A stretch of DNA of 64,000 nucleotides from the IMG/VR virus record IMGVR_UViG_3300046536_000256, positions 62,001 through 126,000 of that record. One strand, given 5' to 3'. Made by a program: the position numbers and the translations under genes. The notes under the pieces were generated by a model. The model was given only the letters and a program-made list of their open reading frames with translations. It ran no database searches and was not told the origin of the DNA. Of this stretch, positions 18,394 to 29,213 are shown one piece after another. The number at the start of each line of letters is the position of its first letter. Positions within the stretch are counted from its first letter, which is position 1.

Positions 18394-19679
18394 AGAGGGT
18401 CCCCTAGCTTACGGCTGACCTCCAGCAGGAGCATCAAAATGGCGCCGTGGTAAAGTTGTTGGTTCTTGTCGAGGTCGAAGTACCCCTCGCAATAAGCAAG
18501 CAGCTTCTTCTTGTCCACGACTTTGTCACGCAGGATCGCAAACACCAGTTGTTCGAACGGATCATCCGACACACCGGTAAAGAACGCGTCGGAGAATACG
18601 TAACCCGAGAAGTTCTTTTCTGTGGACGGCAACAGGATAGGGAAACCGTCCATGTTGAAGTATTCCTTGTACTCCTTGTAGTCCTCTGGGTTGGTGCAGA
18701 TGAACCACATGATCTTGCTGGAGCGCAAGTTACCGTAGAGCCGGGTGTTCGCCAACCGTGTGGTCTGGATCATGGCGGCTTTGTTGTCACAGATCTTCAG
18801 CAGGTTAAAGTCGCCCCGCAGCAAGACCTCCCAGATGTTGATGGTGCCGTGATAGCCCTTATCCAACCCGCCGTACTGCACCGAGAACTCGTTGATGAAT
18901 GGGTAGGTCGTCTGGAGCTCTGGGGGCAACACCGCCCGGATGAAACTAACCAGATACTGGTCATAGACCTTCTCATCGTTAGCAGCATCGTAGACGATAG
19001 TCTTTTCCGGGTTCCAGTAGAACTCCCGCATCACGTAGTTAGCGATGGTCGCTTTCCAGCGCGAAAGCTTCTGACCGATGTCGTAGGCTTCCGGACTGAT
19101 AACGTCGGCACCACTGTGCAACGCAGCATCCCGATCGTAGACCTTCTCCTCCACGACCCGGCCATTGAGGATATCGTAGATGTCCTTGGTCAGGATGCAG
19201 AGGAACTGGTAGGTGATGTAGAACATCTTGTTTGCGGTGATGTTGCGCGGTTCCGGTTGCTCGGTAACCGCAAACAACCCTGCCAGCCCATCGCCGATGT
19301 CGAAGATCACCACGTCGTGTCGCACCGGGGCTAACTTGCTGATCGCCCAGCCGTTGTATACCTTGGTGCTCTCGGCATTGTCCGGGTTGAAGTTAAACGC
19401 ACCGTCCCCTTCCTGCTTAATGACCGTGCGTTTGATGCGGGTGTAGCTTTGATACGTCCCGGTGTTATCCGGGGAAAACGGGGTAGGCTCTTCGTCAGCA
19501 CCCAGGAAGCAGCGGTAGTACTCGCCCAGACGGGGAGCACCGTCAACCATGCTCAGCAGGCTGGTTTCAGGCTGATAAGAAGAGTCGACGATGGAGTGCT
19601 TAAAAGCCTCGCTGTAAATCTTGGGGGCTTCCGATGCCGGGGGTATCTCTTTCCCCAGGGGAGTAATCGCGAAAGACAT
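18390..19679 (-). CDS. Virion structural protein (gp99-like)
   Basis: 429 aa; LLSMVDG...EYY and YQSY.RI motifs; synteny. Confidence 0.6.
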   Translation of the reverse strand: MSFAITPLGKEIPPASEAPKIYSEAFKHSIVDSSYQPETSLLSMVDGAPRLGEYYRCFLGADEEPTPFSPDNTGTYQSYTRIKRTVIKQEGDGAFNFNPDNAESTKVYNGWAISKLAPVRHDVVIFDIGDGLAGLFAVTEQPEPRNITANKMFYITYQFLCILTKDIYDILNGRVVEEKVYDRDAALHSGADVISPEAYDIGQKLSRWKATIANYVMREFYWNPEKTIVYDAANDEKVYDQYLVSFIRAVLPPELQTTYPFINEFSVQYGGLDKGYHGTINIWEVLLRGDFNLLKICDNKAAMIQTTRLANTRLYGNLRSSKIMWFICTNPEDYKEYKEYFNMDGFPILLPSTEKNFSGYVFSDAFFTGVSDDPFEQLVFAILRDKVVDKKKLLAYCEGYFDLDKNQQLYHGAILMLLLEVSRKLGDPL

Positions 19680-21202
19680 TATTTAATCTCCTCAATGAGG
19701 GTGAAGGCAGTCAGTCCCATGTTCATGGTGTAGGTGTTGATTGGACGTTCATGGAACTTCCCCCACCCTTTAGCGATGTCTTGACGGACTTCGTATAGAT
19801 GGTCAATCCACGGACCGTCGAACTGGTTCCAGTCGTAATCCGTGAAGAATGATTCGACAAGCACCCGGTCGGCAGGGTTATTGCGCATATCATCCCAGAA
19901 CGTGTCTGTGTAGTCACGGATGGCCCAATCGAGACAAACCACAACCCGATATGTGTTTTTCATCTCGGGAGCCGTAGAGAGCCACACAACCCCGTTCTCG
20001 TCCAAAGACAAGCGTGGAGGATGAACACGGCGGTCATTACTGAACACCTGGACAATGAACGGGGTCTGGTTAGGACTGAACGCCCAGTCCCGACGACGCA
20101 GCATGTAAGCCTTTACCTGCTCGTTCCACTGATAGCCTGGTAGATCGAAGATGTTCCCCAAGGCTTGGAGTTCGACATCTTGAACCACACAGCGGGCTTG
20201 AACAATCGGTTGTACCCACGCGCTGAACTGCCACGCCCATGGATCGTGTGCCGGCAGTTTCAAGTAGTACGGCGCTTGGATGAACTTATCCGGGAAGCCC
20301 AAGTCACGACCGAACGCAACTTCTGGGGCAACACGCTTGTTGTACTGCTCAACGTGCTTTACCTGAGGCGCCGGAATAAAGGCCTCGGGGATCTGCTGTT
20401 GGTAGACCATCAGCGGGTATTCCAACTCCCAACCCATGAACTCCTGGAAGAAGAAGTTGTAACCCAGCGTCACTTCGTATTTCCCGAACTGATCCGCCAG
20501 ACGAGATAACTTGGTTTCAGGGTCATCGAAGTACACCCCGATGTTATCCAGTCGCATTGGCGCGGCCATACGTTTCTGGTTACCCGCCACGTTGCTGATG
20601 GTGGTGACCGGGGTCTTACAACCAGCATCAAACCAATCCGGCAGTTCGGGGGTCAGGGGTTCAGCGTCAACCAGCATGCCATGAATAGTCTTCATGAACT
20701 CGATGATCTGCGGGTTGATGACCAAGTGCACTGTAGCGCTGATGTTAAACGCCGTGACCTGGTTAGCCTGCAAACGACTGATACGGTTGACAAAGACCTT
20801 AGCGCCCTGACGACTGTTGAAGTAAGCGGTTACACCCACTCGAATCCGACGCCCCTCAAAACAAGGGGTCAGTCGTAGAGGCAAAGCTCCCTCATCGGAC
20901 CAAGTGGTCAGTTCGGTTGCCATGCGTCGTTGGTTGCCGTACCCCGAGTTGAACTCATGGCGCTCGACTTCAGGGGTAATGAAAATCTTGTTACGGAATA
21001 CGCCATCCGTGTAACGACCAGCGCGATCATCGTCAGTGGCGTTGTTACCCACCAGCTTGGCGATCTCGTTCTCACCGTTGTAGTAGATCTGGGCTGTGCT
21101 GTCCAGTCCGTAGAACTTGAGTACTTGACGGATGGAATCCATGATAGCTGGTCTGAAGAAGGCGTTGTAGTCTTCCTCTGACTCAATAAAGGTGTTGAGC
21201 AT
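19679..21202 (-). CDS. Virion structural protein (gp98-like)
   Basis: 507-aa ORF; synteny. Confidence 0.6.
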   Translation of the reverse strand: MLNTFIESEEDYNAFFRPAIMDSIRQVLKFYGLDSTAQIYYNGENEIAKLVGNNATDDDRAGRYTDGVFRNKIFITPEVERHEFNSGYGNQRRMATELTTWSDEGALPLRLTPCFEGRRIRVGVTAYFNSRQGAKVFVNRISRLQANQVTAFNISATVHLVINPQIIEFMKTIHGMLVDAEPLTPELPDWFDAGCKTPVTTISNVAGNQKRMAAPMRLDNIGVYFDDPETKLSRLADQFGKYEVTLGYNFFFQEFMGWELEYPLMVYQQQIPEAFIPAPQVKHVEQYNKRVAPEVAFGRDLGFPDKFIQAPYYLKLPAHDPWAWQFSAWVQPIVQARCVVQDVELQALGNIFDLPGYQWNEQVKAYMLRRRDWAFSPNQTPFIVQVFSNDRRVHPPRLSLDENGVVWLSTAPEMKNTYRVVVCLDWAIRDYTDTFWDDMRNNPADRVLVESFFTDYDWNQFDGPWIDHLYEVRQDIAKGWGKFHERPINTYTMNMGLTAFTLIEEIK

Positions 21203-21231
21203 GTCGAATACCCGTTATACGAATGAACAAA

Positions 21232-21262
21232 TCCGGTATGGAAGGGGCTACCCTCCATACCG
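21232..21262. terminator. Intergenic hairpin
   Basis: ccggtatggaagg...ccctccataccgg; followed on + by cgttatgcc. Confidence 0.65.
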
Positions 21263-21275
21263 GCGTTATGCCTGC

Positions 21276-22004
21276 TTAACCGGCTTTCTCTTTATCGCTG
21301 GCATCCAGAAGGCGATACCGCACGAACCACAGATGGTTATCCTCGGTCCGGAAGATGGCGACGTCAGATACACCGTCATTGATCAGTTCCACCACCTCGG
21401 CTTCCAGCATCGACGCAACCGACGGAGAATGCTCGATCGAGACGTGTACGAGATCGGCCGCCAACGATTGAACGAAGCCCTTAGGTAGCCCGCCTGCGCC
21501 AATGACGATAACGTCGTAAGTCGGGAAAGCTTTACTGACCAAAGCCAGCTGAGCCTTCTGTTCTCCCAACGCACAGCACACGGCGATCTTTGGACGATCG
21601 AACTTGGTCTTGTCCTTCACTGTGAGCGGGAAACCGCCTGTGAGGTGAACGGAGTCGGGACTGATCACGATGCTGGCGACGATAGTACCGCTATCACCGA
21701 ACTCAACCGTATGGTCATCCACGCCGTAGTCCACACCCGGGGTCAGGTAAAGGCGGTACTTGGCCGAAATCGCCGCCATCACATCCGCCCACTTATCGCC
21801 TTCGTTGGCAAAGACTTCCGGACGCTGGCCGCCCAAGTAGGTAGTAACATCGAGCTTGGGCATGACCACCCGTTTGACTTCATCACCGATGCGCACGCTA
21901 AAAGCAGACTGAGTCAGTGATTCGACCGTAGCCGATTCGATTACCGAGCCGGACGGTAAACGACTGGTCAACAGGCTAAGAACGCGGGGATGCACGTTAT
22001 TCAT
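21276..22004 (-). CDS. Probable virion protein
   Basis: Start MNNVHPR overlaps the upstream stop codon; lies in a structural operon. Confidence 0.65.
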   Translation of the reverse strand: MNNVHPRVLSLLTSRLPSGSVIESATVESLTQSAFSVRIGDEVKRVVMPKLDVTTYLGGQRPEVFANEGDKWADVMAAISAKYRLYLTPGVDYGVDDHTVEFGDSGTIVASIVISPDSVHLTGGFPLTVKDKTKFDRPKIAVCCALGEQKAQLALVSKAFPTYDVIVIGAGGLPKGFVQSLAADLVHVSIEHSPSVASMLEAEVVELINDGVSDVAIFRTEDNHLWFVRYRLLDASDKEKAG

Positions 22005-23400
22005 CTTTCTTATCCTTGGTATCGTCGGCAACAAAGATCTTCGGGCTGATACCGGAGATTGCCTTCTGAATGCCTTGCATGAGTTTGGTGTGAGCCGCCA
22101 GTTCGAACTTGACGTTCTTCAACGCCTCCTTACCGGTTTTCACTTTGTCCTGGACCTTGGCCTTCTTCGCAGCAGCCACGTCCTTATTCGTTTCATCACC
22201 CGACGTATCGCTGGCCGCAGCCTTGATGTCACTTACCGCCTTCTGCGCGTCGGAGATCTCTTTATTCAGAGGACCGGCCGCAGTGGCTTCTTTGGACATG
22301 AACCCCATCAGAGCATCAATGACCTTAGGACCGTCGCTAGGAGTGCGCAACTGGCTGACCAGGTTCTTCAGTTTACCCGAAGGATCAACTTCAGCCATCA
22401 GGTTGGTGATGCCCTCCCGTGCCTTGTCATTGATGACAGCAGCGGTGGACTTCATGGACTGCAATGCCTTCTTGTTATTATCGGCCATTGTTTCAGCCGA
22501 CTTAACCTTTTCTTCAGGATTGCTGGTGGTGAAGAGATCCTTGATCGCGCTCAAGGACGCGGTCAGTGCATTCCAGGCTTTCTCACCCAGATCCTTGATC
22601 GCATCAAAGATAGGACCTTCCTGACCGGCGTAGCCCTCCAGACGAATGTTGTTGGCGCCCGCCACCCCGATGAAGTATTCACGGGCAGGAGACTCAACCC
22701 CATTGAGGAAGTCCTCCATCCCGTCGATTACCATCATCGGGTGATCCATTACGCAACCACAGGTACAGTCGGCGTCTTGCTTGCATTCCAGACCGTCCAC
22801 ATCAAAGTCGGGGTCAGGTGTCTCGCCCACTTCCTGCAATGCCGCCTCGGAGTATTCAGGGGCCCCGTAGACAGCACCCAGCTTGCAGGTCACAAAGACG
22901 TCAGTCAGCTCCAGCACCTTATCAAGGTATTCCAGCTTGTGGACATACGCTCGCAAGATATCGATGGGGAGATCATCCGTCCCCTCGTAGAACTGCATCA
23001 GCTTGCTCAGGATAAAGTGGGCTTCTTCAGAAATGGCATCAACGGATTCAGAGAACTCCATTGTACCGTTCTTATTCCCCATCCCGCAGATTGTCATGGC
23101 AAGGGTTTTGGAACGCTCGTAGATCCCGTTACGAAGATCTTTAAGGACGTCGCCCAGATACTGGTTCAAAGCGAAGTTAACCTTCATCTCAGAACCGTCG
23201 TAATAAGTGAAGCGATCTTCCAGACTGGCCAACGTGTTAAAGAAGCGTTTGGTGATCTCCTCCTTCGAGTTGGCGTCATCGCCGTAGAGCCCCATCGAGT
23301 CCAGCAACTTTTGCAGGATCGGGTGTTCAACTTTGGAAAAGGAAAACATCTTGGTGATCAACATCAACCCCAAGAGGTGTAACTGGAGATAAAGGCTCAT
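21997..23400 (-). CDS. Internal head protein with a long propeptide
   Basis: DGLE, DGME, NGVE and AGQE sites followed by an amphipathic helix (IFDAIKDLGEKAWNAL...) and a coiled-coil body. Confidence 0.7.
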   Translation of the reverse strand: MSLYLQLHLLGLMLITKMFSFSKVEHPILQKLLDSMGLYGDDANSKEEITKRFFNTLASLEDRFTYYDGSEMKVNFALNQYLGDVLKDLRNGIYERSKTLAMTICGMGNKNGTMEFSESVDAISEEAHFILSKLMQFYEGTDDLPIDILRAYVHKLEYLDKVLELTDVFVTCKLGAVYGAPEYSEAALQEVGETPDPDFDVDGLECKQDADCTCGCVMDHPMMVIDGMEDFLNGVESPAREYFIGVAGANNIRLEGYAGQEGPIFDAIKDLGEKAWNALTASLSAIKDLFTTSNPEEKVKSAETMADNNKKALQSMKSTAAVINDKAREGITNLMAEVDPSGKLKNLVSQLRTPSDGPKVIDALMGFMSKEATAAGPLNKEISDAQKAVSDIKAAASDTSGDETNKDVAAAKKAKVQDKVKTGKEALKNVKFELAAHTKLMQGIQKAISGISPKIFVADDTKDKKDE

Positions 23401-23410
23401 GCAGAGCTCC

Positions 23411-23899
23411 CTACTTGATTTTGACTTGTACCATGCCTTTAAACAGCAGGGCGTTACGGGCGTCGATGTTCATGTAGTCATCAGACGTGCTGAGCTCCAC
23501 TTCAGAGCGCGCCAAGCTGTCCAAGCCCACCACGCGCTTCCATTGAGTAAACAACACCCCCAGCGCGTCGTCAGGACCCAACTGCTCGGTGACCGGGGCC
23601 ACAACAGGATACTCTTGCGTTAAGAGATCGATGTTGAGGCTGGCTTGCAATTCGAATGGCGACTGTATCGAGTCTTGGAACGTAAAGCCGGTGATGTCTT
23701 GGGGAACCTTATCGAACAGTTCGGCCAGGTCGACACGTTCCACCAATACAGCGTTCAAGCCATCGCCAGTAGCGGCGTACTTAAACAGTTTATCGTTAAC
23801 AGCGACCGCGCTCCCGAAACGAGGACTTAGGTTAGACAGTCCAGCCTGAAGAACGGCGACCGACATAATGACGGTTTGGTTTAACAGATTGAGGCGCAT
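23411..23899 (-). CDS. Hypothetical, probable virion protein
   Basis: 162-aa ORF in a structural operon. Confidence 0.65.
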   Translation of the reverse strand: MRLNLLNQTVIMSVAVLQAGLSNLSPRFGSAVAVNDKLFKYAATGDGLNAVLVERVDLAELFDKVPQDITGFTFQDSIQSPFELQASLNIDLLTQEYPVVAPVTEQLGPDDALGVLFTQWKRVVGLDSLARSEVELSTSDDYMNIDARNALLFKGMVQVKIK

Positions 23900-23903
23900 G
23901 TGA

Positions 23904-24956
23904 TCAGCCTTTATTAATGGTGGCGTTCAGAACCGACTGAGCCGCGAAGATAGATTTGTAGACAGCGGTCTGCAACATCTTCAGGTTACCCATGACAACA
24001 CGCACGGTAGCCTGGACCTCATTGGCCGCCGCAGTGAACTGCTTGGTCCCGTTTACATCGATGTTCTTGTTGAAGTCCATCAACGAGTTAAGAGACTTCA
24101 ACGACACGCGTTCGATGTGCATGGATGTTTCCAGCATGCTGTCTGCTGCCTTTAACAGGGCCTTCTGCTTGGTGAGCAAGTGGAGTACCTGACTTTGATC
24201 CGTTTTGAATTTAGGGTTCTTGCCCTGAAGCGGAGGATCGGGAACTTCTTTCAACTTACCGTGGCCGTCCATCTGGAAGTCCACACGGCCGTAGAGCGTG
24301 CTTGGGGTATTCAGTTTCTCGATGGCCAGCGCATTCTGTGCCGCAACCAGCAAAGCGTCATGCTCTTTCTTAACAGCGCCAGCACCGTCATCGTTAACCT
24401 TCTGGAAACCAGCCTCGGTGATGGCCTGGCAGCCCTTCTTCATGACCTCGATGTAGTCCTCGATCTTCTTGACCGCTTTCTCACAGTCGCCCAGAGCACT
24501 GTCCATCCAACCCAGGTTGGCGGCCGGGATACCGGTTTTGTTGTAGATGTCGCCGAAGCCGAGAGGGTAAGGAATCTCATCGGTGTTCACACCATGCTTG
24601 TCGATGCTCAATTCCAAGCTTACCGACTTACGCCCGGCAATCTCTTTCTTACCAGTAAAGAAAGAGAACAGCCATTTAAAGAAATCTTTCACCGACTGTA
24701 TAACGGCACTCAGGCCTTTCTTGATGCTGTCCATGAAACCAGCTTCGTTACCCGAGACGACGTCAATACTGGGAAGCGAGATGTGAGAGAAGACAGCCTT
24801 GTAGAACTCTTCGTTCCCGCTGACCGTGTCGTACTCGCGGGAGAGGGCGATTACCGTGTCGTCGTCAACGGCCTGATCGTACCCTTTCTTATCCTCGTTG
24901 TATTCCTCCAACAGAGTTGGGGTATTGATGAAACGAGGACTATCGCTAATGGACAT
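23904..24956 (-). CDS. Internal head protein
   Basis: Two VSGNE sites followed by GFMDSIKKGLSAVIQSVKDFFKWLFSFF. Confidence 0.75.
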   Translation of the reverse strand: MSISDSPRFINTPTLLEEYNEDKKGYDQAVDDDTVIALSREYDTVSGNEEFYKAVFSHISLPSIDVVSGNEAGFMDSIKKGLSAVIQSVKDFFKWLFSFFTGKKEIAGRKSVSLELSIDKHGVNTDEIPYPLGFGDIYNKTGIPAANLGWMDSALGDCEKAVKKIEDYIEVMKKGCQAITEAGFQKVNDDGAGAVKKEHDALLVAAQNALAIEKLNTPSTLYGRVDFQMDGHGKLKEVPDPPLQGKNPKFKTDQSQVLHLLTKQKALLKAADSMLETSMHIERVSLKSLNSLMDFNKNIDVNGTKQFTAAANEVQATVRVVMGNLKMLQTAVYKSIFAAQSVLNATINKG

Positions 24957-25029
24957 AAGGAAACCCCTTGTCTGTGGTTAATAGAACATGCCTATAGCAT
25001 CCCCTAAATATCGAAATGCGGCATAAAGG

Positions 25030-25062
25030 CTAAACGCCCAGGGAAGAACCCAGGGCGTTTAG
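25030..25062 (-). terminator. Hairpin terminator with TTTATGCC tail
   Basis: ctaaacgccc...gggcgtttag. Confidence 0.7.
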
Positions 25063-25093
25063 TTTCTTTACGTCAGCAACCTAACCGCGAGGG

Positions 25094-26344
25094 TTAGATG
25101 TGTGCAGCAACAGCGTCCAGAGTCCAGCTGGCGCAACGCAGCATGTACTTGTGGGTCTGCTGAGTAACGGAAGCCGAAGTGGCGTAGATCGCACGAACCA
25201 GCGCAACCTGCTTGTTCACTTCGTCGGCTTTCTCTTTGTCGTCAGCTTTCACGACGTTGAGGGTGCCGATGACTTGGTCACGCTGAGCCTTGGAGAAGGC
25301 CTGTGCGGTTTTGTTGCCGCGGAACGCAGTGATGTCGGATTTGATCGACGTCAGGATGCGGGACAGCTCGCCTTTGTCAGCTTTAGGAGCCGACTCGCCG
25401 CTGGTCAGCTTCTTCACGTCGCCTTGGCCGAAGAAGATCTTGATGGAGCGAGCCATTTCGGCAGCTTCACCCAGGTCTTTCGCAGCGCCAGACTTCATCT
25501 CGGCGTGAACGCGCAGGCCGGCGTATTGACCGATCAGCACTTTCTTGTCGCCTTCCGATTTCTCGCCAGCTTCCAGGTCTTTCTTGGCGTCAGCAGCAAT
25601 TGCCGAAGTCAGAGCCGCGTAGGCAGTGTTGAACTTGCCCACTTCGATGCTGGTTGGCTTGCTGGCCACTTCAGCGAACTTGTCCAGCGCGGTACCAGTA
25701 GCGTCCCAGCCGTCCATGCCAGCTTTCAGGCCGTGCTTCTCGTAGTCGAACATGGCGTTCCAGCCGCCCAGCTTGACTTTCTCTTTCAGCTTGTCGGCGG
25801 CAGCCAGACGAGTGGAGAGTTGTTCCTGGCGACGGACCAGCTTTTCGATCTGCGAGAAGACGCCGACGAAGAAGTTGATCACGGTGTTGAAGATGTGCTT
25901 GATGACTTCGATGGCTTTCTTGGCGTAACCTTTGACGGTCTCCATGAAGCCTTCCATGCCATTGCGGGCCATGATCTGAGCGGTAGCCGCGTCGGACATG
26001 GATTCAACACCGCAGCGCTCGATGGACTGGCCGCCGAGTTTGGTGTTCAGCTTGGCCGCACGGTTGTACATGTTGGCGAAAGCGGTGGAGTTGAACGAGC
26101 CGGAATTGATCAGGGATTCCAGGCCTTCAACAACTTCCTGGATTTCTTCAACGGCTTCGTCCTGCTGCTTGACTTCTTCACGCAGCTCTTCGATTTCCTG
26201 GGAAACTTGTTCCAGGGTCACAGCGACTTCGGCGACTTCAGCGCGGACCGAATCTTCGGCGCCAACTTCAACAGCTTCAACAGGCAGCGTGCCGCCGTTC
26301 AGTTCCAGTTCTTCGAAACCGGCGTAGCGAGTCAGAATGCTCAT
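25094..26344 (-). CDS. Abundant internal head protein (phiKZ internal-protein family, gp93-like)
   Basis: Glu-rich propeptide with AGFE, EGLE, CGVE and NGME sites followed by an amphipathic helix; very strong codon bias. Confidence 0.8.
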   Translation of the reverse strand: MSILTRYAGFEELELNGGTLPVEAVEVGAEDSVRAEVAEVAVTLEQVSQEIEELREEVKQQDEAVEEIQEVVEGLESLINSGSFNSTAFANMYNRAAKLNTKLGGQSIERCGVESMSDAATAQIMARNGMEGFMETVKGYAKKAIEVIKHIFNTVINFFVGVFSQIEKLVRRQEQLSTRLAAADKLKEKVKLGGWNAMFDYEKHGLKAGMDGWDATGTALDKFAEVASKPTSIEVGKFNTAYAALTSAIAADAKKDLEAGEKSEGDKKVLIGQYAGLRVHAEMKSGAAKDLGEAAEMARSIKIFFGQGDVKKLTSGESAPKADKGELSRILTSIKSDITAFRGNKTAQAFSKAQRDQVIGTLNVVKADDKEKADEVNKQVALVRAIYATSASVTQQTHKYMLRCASWTLDAVAAHI

Positions 26345-26392
26345 GCTTTTGTATCCTTCGTTAACGAAATGATTTGGTTTGTTTATAAACAG

Positions 26393-27370
26393 TTAAGCGA
26401 AAACACCCAGTACACCATGAATGTACCGGTCGGTGTATCCGACCACACGCGGAGTGAATCCACTATAAAATGCAAGCGCCCCGCGGTTTCCTTCCAGAAG
26501 CTTTTCGGCTTCCTTCAACGCAGACTTGCTAACGCGGTATTCCAGCTTGGTCATGTTCTCATCGACGCCCTTAACCATTTCGGTCCAAGACTTGATGTAG
26601 GCCAGATAGCCGTCGTAGGCCGCCTTAACGCGCTGATGAAGACTGTTGACCTTGTCCAGCTTATTCAGCAGTTCAGCAGCGCTGGACTTGGATAACGAAA
26701 GGTCACCGCCTTCGCCCGCAGGAGTATCCCCCGACATAGAATATTTCGGAGTATCAGCGTCGCCACTGGTAAACGTCCATTCCTTGCCGCCTGGGAGAAC
26801 ATCGGATGCCGCCAAGACCGGGTACTTCAGCTTCTCGACCGCGTCAATAACCCCGAAGACGTCATCCGTGTGTTTGGCGTCTTTGAGTTTACGTACCGCG
26901 ATAAGCTGAGCATCAAGATGGTCCAAGACCGCCTTGTTGTGCTTGTCCAACGCTTCCAGGTTTCTGATCAGGATGTCCATATCGCGAGAGATATTGTCCG
27001 GATCGCCTTTGCAGGTGATCATCCCGACCTGAGTTGCCGAAAGCTTCAGAGTGTGGTCGTCCGCTTTGCCCACGTCACCCAACAAGCGCTTGATGTAAGA
27101 CTTGTTGTCATCGAAGGACTTAGAAAGCGCACTACCGGCCGTCTGAATGACGGAGGAGAAGGCGGTAAGAGCTTTACCACCTACCCACATAGTAACGCTT
27201 AGCAAGCCGTTACCCAGCTCCTTCATGCTGTCAGCGAAGGCTTCGTTCCCCGCTACAGAATGGGGATCGGTTGCCATCAACCGGCCTAAATCGATTACAT
27301 CGTTCCCAGCTTGGAGCAGCTTAATGTGCTGCTCCAGTGCCGAGGTCAGATCTCTTTGAATCTGAGACAT
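26393..27370 (-). CDS. Internal head protein paralog
   Basis: AGNE|AF site; S.VLPGGK motif of the internal-protein family. Confidence 0.7.
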   Translation of the reverse strand: MSQIQRDLTSALEQHIKLLQAGNDVIDLGRLMATDPHSVAGNEAFADSMKELGNGLLSVTMWVGGKALTAFSSVIQTAGSALSKSFDDNKSYIKRLLGDVGKADDHTLKLSATQVGMITCKGDPDNISRDMDILIRNLEALDKHNKAVLDHLDAQLIAVRKLKDAKHTDDVFGVIDAVEKLKYPVLAASDVLPGGKEWTFTSGDADTPKYSMSGDTPAGEGGDLSLSKSSAAELLNKLDKVNSLHQRVKAAYDGYLAYIKSWTEMVKGVDENMTKLEYRVSKSALKEAEKLLEGNRGALAFYSGFTPRVVGYTDRYIHGVLGVFA

Positions 27371-27388
27371 GTCCCACCTCGTCCTTGA

Positions 27389-28708
27389 TTAAGGAGTGTT
27401 GACCTTGATGGAAGTGTGGCAGAGTTCAACCAGACCGGCGATGATCAAGACCAGGTAGCTGTTCACCGCAACGCGGATGTTCAGCAGTTCCATTTGGTTC
27501 TTCCGCACCAAGGCAGAGAACGTAGTCAGGAGCTTGTCCTTCAGCTCATCGCTGATGTCGGATTCAAAGAACCCTTTGGTGATGTCGGAGTAATCCGATT
27601 CACCCAGCTTGAACTTCTCGCCGCCGTCGAAGACCTTACGCCATTCTTTCAGCACGTCACGCAGCAGCTTAATCACGGCCTTGATCTGTTGCGAAGACAG
27701 GGACTTGATTTCCAGGTCCAGCTTCGGGTAGATCATCGGAGCCGAGTTATCGAAGCCGGTCGTGTCGATGTCGAGGAAACGGGTCACGAAGTCTTCAACC
27801 TCACCGATCGATTTGGTAGCCCGACCGCTGTTGTTCTGACGAATGTCGACGAAGTAGGCGCCGCCCATCAACTCAACCGACTGCTTAGCCGTGGCTGCCG
27901 CCACCGAATGCTGAGGGCACGGGTAGGTGCACTCTTTGAAACGTTCCGACGGGATAGACACACCCAACAGCATGAAACGTTCTTCGGCTTCTGCCTGAGA
28001 CTTGCCTGCAAAGCCGCCAAAGTAGCTCAGGGTGGCGTTGAGGCTGTTACGGTTGTTCAGGTAGTAGTTCTGACTCAAACCCGACAGAGAGCGGCTCAGC
28101 TTGCTCAGGTCTTCAACCCAGTTCTCGCTGACCTTACCGTTTACCTTGAACAGGTTAAACAAACGGTTGCCCAGCAGAATCTTCTCACGGTCCTTTTCGA
28201 ACGGTGGAGAAGTGCTGATTGAGTTTTCCAACAAGTCCACCGACGCTTCCAGGGAGTCCTGGCTTTGGGTGAACAAGATGTAAGCCTCTTTGAAGCCTGT
28301 GCCCATCTGGGAGATGATCTGGCGTGACTTCTTGAAGAAGTCTTCCATGAAGCTCTCACAGCCTACCAGACGGGTGAGCAGGTAGTCCTTCGGCATCAGA
28401 GAACGACCCAGTGCCTCAAAGCCCTCCACCGAGTCAACACCTTCAACCGGAGGGATTTCAACTTCAGACCGCTCCAGTTGCGCATCCATGACTTCCGCCA
28501 AGGAGGGAGTGACTTCATGCGCCTTGAGGGCTTGCAGGGTGTCCTTCACGGACTGAACACGATCTTTCGAGTTGTCCAGTTCGTTCTGGTAACGGTTGAG
28601 GTCACCAGAGTTCGCGGCGCTAGCTACGATTTCCGCAGACGTCACCACGTTAATGGCGGCCATCTCAGCCGCCAGCTTTTCGTTTGCAAGTACCTCAGGA
28701 CTAGCCAT
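27389..28708 (-). CDS. Internal head protein (gp92-like)
   Basis: EGFE and VGCE sites; RLFNLFKVNG and SVELMGG motifs. Confidence 0.7.
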   Translation of the reverse strand: MASPEVLANEKLAAEMAAINVVTSAEIVASAANSGDLNRYQNELDNSKDRVQSVKDTLQALKAHEVTPSLAEVMDAQLERSEVEIPPVEGVDSVEGFEALGRSLMPKDYLLTRLVGCESFMEDFFKKSRQIISQMGTGFKEAYILFTQSQDSLEASVDLLENSISTSPPFEKDREKILLGNRLFNLFKVNGKVSENWVEDLSKLSRSLSGLSQNYYLNNRNSLNATLSYFGGFAGKSQAEAEERFMLLGVSIPSERFKECTYPCPQHSVAAATAKQSVELMGGAYFVDIRQNNSGRATKSIGEVEDFVTRFLDIDTTGFDNSAPMIYPKLDLEIKSLSSQQIKAVIKLLRDVLKEWRKVFDGGEKFKLGESDYSDITKGFFESDISDELKDKLLTTFSALVRKNQMELLNIRVAVNSYLVLIIAGLVELCHTSIKVNTP

Positions 28709-29213
28709 AGTAGTTTTCCCCGCCCAGGAGTAAGAAGATGCGTCCTACGGCGGCTGGACCGATACCCGCAGCAAGACGATAAAGGTCGTAGTCTTCGACA
28801 CTGTAACCGTCTTTGAGGAACGGTTCGCTCGAACCATGGCGGTAAGTCGCCTGGTAGGTCGCCGAGCGAGCGCGGGCAGAGGCTTCGAGAACGTGTTCGC
28901 ACATGCGGATCGACGTCAAGACCGTTTGGTGGCCTTGTTTACCGTTAAGGTAATGGACGATGTCGCGTACCAGGTTCGCCAACGGGCCGTTACCATTATC
29001 GAAGTTCAGCTTAAGGAACTGATCGAAATCGTTACCAGTCAAGCGCTTCGCTACTCGCAGGGTTTCTACGGCAACATAGCCTTTGATAACAATCTCGAAA
29101 TCGTTGTACGCATCCTGACGCAACATCCGCAGGTTGCGAAACAACACCGACAGTTCCTGATCTGACAACGACGCGTCCACGTAGCCGTTATTGATCAGTC
29201 TGTATTCAGGCAT
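28701..29213 (-). CDS. Conserved hypothetical/virion protein (gp91-like)
   Basis: Start MPEYRL overlaps the upstream stop codon. Confidence 0.6.
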   Translation of the reverse strand: MPEYRLINNGYVDASLSDQELSVLFRNLRMLRQDAYNDFEIVIKGYVAVETLRVAKRLTGNDFDQFLKLNFDNGNGPLANLVRDIVHYLNGKQGHQTVLTSIRMCEHVLEASARARSATYQATYRHGSSEPFLKDGYSVEDYDLYRLAAGIGPAAVGRIFLLLGGENYYG